A DNA stretch of 64,000 bases, taken from positions 20,838,451 through 20,902,450 of the forward strand of contig OZ316894.1 of the NCBI GenBank assembly GCA_973895155.1, written 5' to 3'. The translations under genes were made by a program, and so were the position numbers. The notes beneath the pieces are model-generated. The model was given only the letters and a program-made list of their open reading frames with translations. It did not search any database and was not told the origin of the DNA. This document shows positions 51,647 through 64,000 of the stretch, piece after piece; positions within the stretch are counted from its first letter, which is position 1; every line of letters starts with the position of its first letter. Source of the DNA: Marsupella aquatica (taxonomy: Eukaryota; Plantae; Marchantiophyta).

Positions 51647-51856
51647 TAGTCAGTTTTAGGTATGGGTATCCCTGGGGTAGGGATCATGAGGAAGGCCAGT
51701 GAACTGGAACGAAGCGTTCCTTTCCTTTGAACTACAGCACAGTTCCTTTGACTTACACTTAGCGAGGCAGGGTGCCCTTGCAAATCCAGGCACTATACAC
51801 CCTTACCGATAATTGCAAATTCCAAGTTTTTGCACTTATGAGGTAGTGCAAACTGC

Positions 51857-51995
51857 AACCCCTAGATAAGTGCACACTGTGTGCGTCTTCCCCGGGAGTG
51901 TGCACTTATAGAGACGAACCCTAGATAAGTGCACACTCCCGGCACGCAGTGTGCACTTAGAGAGACCGACTGTGCCCCAAAGCTGCCTAGGGTTT
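51857..51995. promoter_or_regulatory. Two tandem hairpins and telo-box-like motifs upstream of PWP1
   Basis: taagtgcacact...agtgtgcactta occurs twice, each copy preceded by aaccc(c)taga. TAGGGTTT (telo-box AAACCCTA, reverse) is at 51988-51995. Confidence 0.5.
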
Positions 51996-52324
51996 TAATA
52001 TAAGGGACTTCACAATGGAACGGCTCTCATAAACTATATGGGCATGTCCCCAAACCTAGCCCAAAGGGTATGGTAGTAGCTGAGCTTAACAGCCCTTGTC
52101 GCCAATGTGCTTGAAGGGTTTAATGGTAGACGTTCTCGTGGCAACATAGAAAACCGATTTGAACAGATCAGTGTGGATGCGGAAGGATTGCAGAAGGAGA
52201 ATTCAATTGACTGAGTGGAGAGCAAGAAGATTGATTTGGGATTTCAGGAGTGATAAACCCTTCTTCTCAAGCTGAGGGTTTTGGACAGAGAATTGGAGGT
52301 TGGCAAGCGGGAAGGAGGGAAGAG

Positions 52325-55300
52325 ATGGCGAGCATGATTGCCGCTGTTTGCTGGGTGCCTCGGGGAGCTGCGAATCCCGTCCCTGTCACGGCGGAGCCTA
52401 CCGAGGAGGAGCTGGAGGCTATGAAAGTGGCTCTTGAAGAGCAGGGTCATCGGAGTTCTGATGGAGAGGAGGATGAGGTTGAGGGTGACGATGAGGAAAT
52501 GGATGGTGAAAGTAGCGGCAAGGCGACCGATCCAGTTGGTGCAGCATTGGCAGCTGCAAAGGCCCTTGGAGGCAACGCATCGAAAGTGGATGTGCTAGCG
52601 AACGGTCTGGCGGACCTCGACATGGACCACTATGACGACGAGGAGGAGGGACCAGATTCAGGTGGAGGTGCGTTGAAGTGGAAATAAATTTACAATTTCA
52701 GTGGAATTCAACATGTGGATAATAATATAGATGATTTGCCGTCTTTTAAGGAAGTCTGACGGAGCATGTTGGTAGAATGCTGGGTAAATTTCACACGTAG
52801 CGAGCCTATATTTCATAATCTTAAATGGTTTTAACTTTGAGCAGGGAAGACAGTTCCGATGTGGGATTACTAGCGTCTGACATTTCCCTTTCTCATTCTC
52901 TGTTGTATATCATGTAGCCAATTTAACCCTATTGAAAGTGAAGGATAGTCAGGGCTGTCTGCTGCAACAGGGCTCCGCTAATTTCTTTCTTGGTGGTTCC
53001 CTAGGTCTTCAGCTTTTTGGAAACGGGGGACTGGGCGCTGCATATTATGCCGCTAATGAGGATGATCCATATCTCTTAAGTAAAGAGGTAACATCCTGTC
53101 ATCATCCGAATATCTCTTATTTTCGACGATGTTGGCAGACTGAATTTGTTTTGGACGAAGCAGCATCGCATGGAATGGTTACTTGAGACCGTGAAAAAGG
53201 CTGCACTTGATATGATCAGCATACTAGGTCACTGGATCTTCTGTAGGCATAAATTGTCACAAGTAAATTGGGACACTGATGATACATTTTCTCATCATTC
53301 CATGCCAGGATGATGACGAAGAAGAAGTAGAAGATATGACTATCAAGCAGTCAGACCTCCTCCTACTAACTGCAAGGACTGAGGATGACGTGAGCCACTT
53401 GGAGGTACTATATATCATACGATTCAAGTGACACGTGATTACTGTGCTACTCGTGCAAGCTGTTCAATTCTGTTAGGAAGTTCATTTCGAAGATTGTCTA
53501 TAATCTGGAAGGGAAGCTCGATGAGGTGAGCACTGCATGTGGGTTCAGGGCAATATGGTGCACTTCCAAATAACGTTGATTTTCTGCATATCGTACAACG
53601 TCAGGGTCAAGTTTTGACTGATTTACTCTTATGAGCAGGTTTGGGTCTACGAGGATCCTGAGACAGATTCTGAGGGAGGTAGTAACATGTATGTGCATCA
53701 TGATATCATGCTGTCAGCTTTCCCACTGGCTCTGGCATGGCTGGATTGCGGGCCTAGTGACAGGGAAAAGGGTATGTATCTGATGTTATAGTTCCTGTTT
53801 TTGCCCATTGCCAACATGCGACTTAGTCCTTATCGATGAAGCGCAAGATCTAGTGACGTTTCTGATCAAGTCGAAGTTGATATTGTGGATAACATTGGGC
53901 TCGATCCCCCTAGTGTTTTACGGTCACCAATTGTTTTTGCATTCATGACGCTCCCTGTTATTGTTTTTGTCTGGACTTGTACTGATATCCCAACCACCTT
54001 TTCTCTTTTGTGGACCTTCCTTCAGGGAATTTTGTTGCTGTTGCCACTATGCACCCAGAGATCGAAATATGGGATCTTGATGTTGTGAGTATCGTCTCTT
54101 GAGTACCATAAAGGCCAAGGTCTCCGTTTTGACTGCTCACATGTAGTAAAGAAGATGACCGAATGCCATGTTGTGTCGGAGATGATACCCTGATTAATCT
54201 CGACCAGTCTGTTGCTGTATTGTGCCGGTTTACTTAGGTCAGGTTGGTCAACATGATCATCTCATTTTCTGAACATAATATGATGTCGCAGGTTGACGCA
54301 GTGGAACCTATCGCAATGCTCGGAGGGGCAGAGAATTCAATTCCAGCGGAGGAAAAAGAAATTAAAAGCAAGAAAACGAAAAAGAAAAAGAAGAAAAAGG
54401 TTTGTGGAAATGAAACCTTGTCTCTGCTACGTTTCCTCGTATACACAGATCACATGCTGTGTCTTGTCAAAAGGCATCTTGTGGCGCCAGTGTGAAAAAT
54501 CTAAGTTTAAACTCTGCTTTTGCACTCAAACACAAAAAACATGCAAGGCATATGGTGTGCAGTGTATAAAATGTAAGTTTAAATTGTTTAATCTTACTTG
54601 AAGAACGAGTCATTTGTCTCCTTCGTCAGATGTTTTCTCATCGCTCTCACTTATTATATGTTTTTGATAGCAATCTCACCTGGATGTTGAGATAGAAGAT
54701 TTTGCTTTGTTTTCTAGGAGATAAAGTTGAAGGAGGGCAGTCATACAGATGCTGTACTTGGCCTGGCATGGAACATCGAGTTCCGGTATGTTACATCGAT
54801 TGATTGTAATGACTTGCTTCTTATACCTTTTTCAGTTCGGAACCGTGTATTCAATGTAATTGAGAGGTGTTTTAATACTATAGCGTGAAGTACATGAACA
54901 ATGGGTAACCATTGTGTTCTTTTCAACAGGAATGTTCTTGCTAGTGGCAGTGCTGACCACTCTGTGAAGATCTGGGATGTAAATACCCTGAAGTGTGAAC
55001 ATACAGTGCAGTGCCATAATGACAAGGTGGACCTTTTCTTCACCACTCTAGTTTGAAGTCAAATGTCTGCTATTACAGATCAAGTGTGGTTATGTCGCCC
55101 AGTTCTATGTATGTCAGAGCTTTTGAATTCCTTCAACTTCTCTCCGGAGACCTTTTCCTAGTCAGAGAATTTCGTGACTAACGAGATAATTATAGAAAGT
55201 TGTCCAGCTACAACCTTACCAAATTTGGACAGGATTTTGCTGATATAATGGCCTCTTCGAGCTTTTTCATATTGGTTGCGTGTGTTATGTCTGGAGACAT

Positions 55301-57611
55301 TAGCTTTGTGACATAATATGTTTTGAATGTGACCAGGTTCAAGCAGTTGCCTGGAACAGGAGACAGCCGACTGTGCTGATTAGTGGGTCGTTTGATGGTA
55401 CTGTTGCAATGGTATGCAGCTGTATTCTCTATATCTATATTGTTAAAAGAATAGGCTTGTTGGGAACTTTCATTTCAGTTGACACGTCCTAGAAGTTAAT
55501 TGAAACAGAATCCTCTGGACCCTTGTTAATACTAATGGTTTGTGACAACTTGGAAGATTGATGGGAGAGCACCTGGAAACAAGGCGATATGGTGGCCAGT
55601 ATCGGCAGATGTAGAGAGTCTTGCGTGGGATCCTCACACAGAGCACTCTTTTGTGGTAATAACTGCCTCCTAGTACCTTGGCTTTCTTCCTGCCACTTCT
55701 GTCTCCTTAAGCAGTTGCCGAAGGTTCTGCTTATTCCAGTCAGTTATTCCAACAATTGCCGCAGAGGATACGAAGACATCTTTGAAATTCAAGTAGAACT
55801 TCTCTGGGTTGAACAGTTCCTCACTTGTCTCTAAAACTGCTCTCGTGACGTTCTTTCACCAAAATATTTGGATTGGGAATCCAAGTTAATATTAAATGAA
55901 ATTTAACGAGAGAGTGTTGTTGCGATAATGACTCTACGGAGAACTCAATTCAGATCATGTTGTTTGCTTGATGAGAATGCCAGATCGGAACTCTTATTTT
56001 TGAACAATTTCTTCTGGATAGTTGTCACAAATATGCTTTCAGATATGCGTTATTGCTCTTTCTTGTGACTCTCATGACTCTGATGACTTGCGTGCAGCGT
56101 ATTCCAACAGTTCAGTACCAGGGCTTGATACCCAAATCTTTTAAGATTCTGTGAAGGACATGAGTATAAGTAGAGTGATGTGGACTGCCATCTATTGGAG
56201 ACAATTCAGCAAGTATTCACTGTACCTCTTTGTTCATTTCAGGTTAGCCTGGAAGATGGAACAGTTCAAGGTCATGATATTCGTGTGGGGGGATCAGCTA
56301 CGCGGCCAACTAAAGGTTCTCCAGCAAAGGCTGTCTACACAATACACGCCCATGAAAAGGCCGTGTGTAGTGTCTCCTACAATCTGGTTGTCCCAAATGT
56401 GAGTTTTCTCCAAATGTATTTTTCTAGTTACGTTTGTTGGGGACTTTTTAGCTGAATCAGATGTTTGACTTTCGGGAGACTGATTGTGGCCTTGATTCCA
56501 AACTAATGCGTTCTCACTTCTGGTGTCTGTGGGTGGATGGGTGCTGATTTCTGATGCTCCTGTCGTCAGTTATTGGCAACAGGATCAATGGATAAGACGG
56601 TCTCTCTCTCCCTCTTTTTGGTTTTTTGTTCCATAGCTTATTCTTTCAGCCACATACAACTTGGCCGTTATTAACATATTTGACCAGCTCAGGTTGCACG
56701 TCACAGAGATTCTCGTGATTCAATTCTTGACCTTCCATTTCCACTATGACTCAAACGTCAGGTCTTTTTCAGTTTCTGGAAGTGCTCAAAGTGGGGTCTG
56801 AAGATGTCGTTCCTCTTTCTCCCAGGTTAAGTTGTGGGATCTAACAAACAACCAGCCGACCTGCATTGGTTCCGTAAATCCTAAAGTGGTGAGTCCTTTG
56901 TTCTATTGTCCATTGTAATGTGGAATGAAGAGTTACTTATATAGATGTGGAGGTCACTCATGGCCAGTGTGTTCTAGAATACCAGTAGGATTGAGTTGAA
57001 GGTCAGAAATCCAATCCGCTTGGTAGAGGAAAATTCGAGGAAAATTCTAAGAATGTTTAGTTTCCTATAGCGAAAGTTAGAGTAGTTTCGCTTTCACCAT
57101 GGTTTAATGACAGGGAGAGTTTAGTACCATATTTTATATCCGTTAATTGGCTTAAACGCGATTCTAAGTTGAATCAAGGATGGATGGCGTGATTTATTTT
57201 GGTTTGGATGCTAAGAGTTCTTCGAAAACTAAAGTGTACGTTGTGGTCTGCTCAGGGTGCTGTATTTTCTTCATCGTTTTGCAAAGATCTTCCATTTCTA
57301 CTGGCTGTTGGTGGTTCAAAAGGCAACCTGCATGTAAGTTTGCGTACACCATTGTGTCAATGACGTTGGGTACTTGCCATGCTGTTCCTAGCCGCCTCCT
57401 CAAATAGGGTGTCTTCGCTGGTTGATGAGTCTTCCCAAGCGTTATATGGCACAAGTTTGATGCGACTGCTTACAAGAACGCACTTGGATAGGATGTTACT
57501 CTGCAACCCCTAAATTCATCTATTTTGGTGCTCTTTTGTCTCTTTGTCCAGGTGTGGAATACTCGTCAAAATTCAGAAGTGGCACAGAGATTTCACGCTT
57601 TTGCTTCGTGA
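52325..57611 (+). CDS. PWP1: Periodic tryptophan protein 1 homolog (WD40 ribosome-biogenesis factor), 15 exons
   Basis: Exons: 52325-52661 (or 52667), 53005-53087, 53309-53404, 53639-53771, 54026-54084, 54292-54399, 54718-54785, 54930-55026, 55337-55411, 55557-55655, 56243-56398, 56570-56599, 56826-56888, 57256-57333, 57552-57611, all GT-AG. Motifs: MIAAVCWVPRG, MDHYDDEEE, TEDDVSHLEVWVYE, YVHHDIMLSAFPLALAWLD, EIEIWDLDVVDAVEP, HTDAVLGLAWN, LASGSADHSVKIWD. Confidence 0.95.
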
Positions 57612-58557
57612 TTCGATTATTGACATGCAACACGGCAGTGGTTCTTCTTGTACAGTACTATGTTTTAAGGTGGCCTGGTGTTTATCTCTGGGATATAGAG
57701 CTCGAAATGGATAGTTTAGAGGTTGAGATGGCGTTGGAATATTCTCCATCTTAATTACTTGCAGGGCTTCTGCTCTCTATCGAATCATGAGCTTGTTTGT
57801 CTCTCACGACAGGATGTTACCAGTTTGCAACTGATTGCTGTCTAGCTCAGAGCTGCAGTGTAGTCAATGCTGAAAAATTCTAGGTGGCAATCGCCCTAAG
57901 TACCTAGATGGGACGGACAAAGGTTAGGTCAGTGTGTGCTCAGTGTCACACCGCGGGATATCTTACAGAGTAGACTGAGAAGTTGTATTGTGGACCATGG
58001 ATATAAGGAGTCACTCCTATCTATCACTAAGAGAGGGTAATTTTTTTCTTGCTAGAGGAAATCATTTCTTGTCCACAGTAGCTTACGGTCTGTCTACAGC
58101 ACCTCTTCTTCTTGGAGTGAATCAAGGGTTGGATCACCTCAGCTACCTCCGAGTCAAGAAGCAACTGTTTTACGCTTCATCGATAATGACTGAAAGGCTC
58201 AATGATATGATGTTGGGAACACGGTCATGGTCACCTCACAGGCTGTTCCACCTCAATGACAAACATCTAAGGGAAATCAATGCGTCAGTTCATGGCCGTG
58301 GTAAATTCAAACTATCTAACACTTCAATACGCTCCCGTTATGATCTTCTGGCAGGTATCCTTATCAGGCTTCGGAGTAAGGCCTCCTTTATTTGTTCCTA
58401 TGAGATCCTCCAAATTTTTGTTACTATGAGATGCTCTAAATTTGCACCTGTACGCACTGAATGAGCTAGCATGACCAACCTCCTTCCTGCAGTGCAAACA
58501 TGTCGGTGCCAAAACATGTCGGTGCCAAAACCCGGCCATGTGGTAGCCAATATATGT

Positions 58558-59562
58558 AGTTTCCAACGCACATGGCCCTTCCCCATGAGAACAATAGTAG
58601 GCAAAAACTTGCTAAGTTCCAACGCGCGGCCCTTAGTTTCCCACAAGACCACTAGGACTAGCCAAATCCACGACCAAAACAGAGCAAAAAAAAGAGCAAA
58701 AAATGTTAAGTTCCAGCACACGGCCCTTTCCCTCAAGGCCACTAGGAGTAACCTGATCCCTACCCATGGTATCCGGGATGTCCCTCATATATATTGGCTA
58801 CCACATGGCCGGGACATTGTTGGCCGGCCGAGAATTGTCTTACAGCACCGAGTGGAGGCACGGACCTTATCTATAGCGCGCTTCTGGCCCTTTCGTACAT
58901 GCTGATTCGATAGACGCATCAAGGTTCAAAGACTACCACAGGGCTCCGGACTTCGAGAAACCCCGGACTCGGCTTGCGCCTGTCCCGGGCCTCAAGGGGA
59001 GGTACCGCACTCGGAGAGGCGTTAACCCGCTTTCAAGAGACTTAACGGAAGACTACTTTCTAATCACGCTTATATACTTCACTTTTATCACGTCGCGAAA
59101 CTTATGGTTTAATATCTCGCGCGCGAGCGGCCTTCGCTCCCTCCACGTCCCAATTCACCGATGAACCGAACTTATAACTCCCCTAGTTTCGGTCTCGCAA
59201 CCCCAAATCTACTGTCATTTTTTCACTCTCGTCTCGTCTCGTCTCGCCTCATCCCAGTCCTGTTCCACGAATTTCATCGCCGCTGTGTCTGAACTGCCCA
59301 TGGATGAATGCGGGGGGAGGCAAAATTGATTCGGTAGACCCGCTGTGGTTGTTGCACGTCGAGGCACTTACATTACTTTTTATTAGAGCCCAGAATGCCA
59401 AATTATGATGGAGCCCGCAGATTTCTGATGCAATCATGGCGTGCAGATGCGGTGGCCCACAAGCACTCGAGGAGCTTTGCACTTTTCGATATCTTTTAGA
59501 GCACTTTTCGATTGGGAACAACGAGAGAGACAATCAACCGAAATTGATGCAAAGGAGACCTA
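58558..59562 (+). repeat. Right arm of the ~1 kb inverted repeat, upstream of the beta-amylase
   Basis: Reverse complement of 50602-51646. Contains a pyrimidine-rich (GTCTC)n 5' UTR-like tract oriented toward the beta-amylase. Confidence 0.95.
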
Positions 59563-60239
59563 CTCTAAGGTGCATGAACCATTACACTCAGGCATGCACG
59601 AGAAACACGCTAGTTAGGTAGATTCATTTTCAACTATATGCAGCCCTGCACGAAAGCGCTCTTGAGTGGACGACCTTGCACAATGAGCATCGCATCAGAC
59701 TGCCATCTTGTTCTGTCGTTACACGGTAGGTGGCCCAGCATCAATGTCTGTTCCTGTGGCCCGACTGTCCACAGACTCTTACCAAGCCCAGCCCGAACCA
59801 CCCTAGCCCTGCCCTTGCAGCAAAGGTCGAAAGAAAGATACAGATTCAGAGATCATCTTATGGATAATCGTAATGCTCACTTGGTGTAAAATTGAGATTA
59901 AAGTGAGCTTTCTTCCTTTCTCTGTGTTGCTTACTTCATGGCTTGATTTGTTATCCAGTTATTCCTCTTTCTTTTGAGAATTCGCCTCAGACGTGGGTCA
60001 GTGTTCAGGACTGACTGTTGAGTAGCCACTGAGTGAAAATTGTAGCTCGTGTTTCAATGCGCCAAGTCTATCGCTCTCAGACTTGGGCAGTTGCTCAAGA
60101 TCTGCTTGTGTGGGACAGCAGTGTCGACACTGGCCACTACAGGAGCTGCTAGCTTGCAGATGGGTCCTAAAGCTTTACAGCTGTATGCATTTAGCAGTGA
60201 ACAGAACATCAAGCGGAGCGCGTGAATGATCGATTTTGG

Positions 60240-63685
<3,446 letters not shown>

Positions 63686-64000
63686 GTTATCAATCCTTAC
63701 CAACAACGAAGGGAGATGGATGGAGTATTTTGAATTGTAGATGGTGTATCAAATAGGAAAGGTGGGAAGGTTACCGGTAGTCTGTGAAGCAGTCACCAAT
63801 TAAGACACAACGCTCGCGGGTGGATTTGACTAATTCAATTTGTAGACACTTCCTGCTCTTCCATCAGTACTTGAATGAGCCAACTTGGACCTCGAGTATC
63901 ATTCTGTCAATTACTGACAATCGAGGAGGAACTGCCAATTGTACATATACATTGATTGCATAAACACGATTAAGTTACACTCGGGATTGAACTTCTATGC

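Noticed and set aside
51191-58905. ORF pairs 51191-51619/58471-58905 and 51474-51659/58398-58742 as duplicated genes
   Set aside because: They are by-products of the inverted repeat, with no recognisable domain and differing ends.
50602-59562. Giant Pack-MULE or foldback transposon carrying PWP1 between 1 kb TIRs
   Set aside because: There is no TSD, the outer ends are the most diverged part, and this model does not explain the extra inverted PWP1 3' copy or the junction scar. The inversion model is more parsimonious, though this one is not fully excluded.

Overview
This is eukaryotic nuclear DNA from a land plant, most likely a bryophyte such as a liverwort. That call is an inference from intron-rich genes with GT-AG junctions, the plant-type genes and a bryophyte-like mitochondrial rpl2 insertion. 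Four spliced genes can be reconstructed, all on the + strand: a small K/R/S-rich protein (6517-7835), a TMK-type LRR receptor kinase (38749-42174), PWP1 (52325-57611) and a beta-amylase (60240-63685). There are also two intronless ORFs with signal peptides: an orphan at 26685-27644 and a probably frameshifted Cys-rich gene at 49682-50065. Mobile and foreign DNA comprises a nearly intact CRE-like RT plus restriction-like-endonuclease non-LTR retrotransposon (about 19040-23660, minus strand), two related solo-LTR-like repeats, an rpl2 NUMT and several tandem arrays. The most striking structure is at 45850-59562, where PWP1 is flanked by reciprocal inverted duplications (its 3' half on the left, its upstream region on the right). 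This fits a staggered-break inversion that split an ancestral head-to-head PWP1/beta-amylase pair and duplicated their shared promoter region. All calls were made by eye; no database searches were run.
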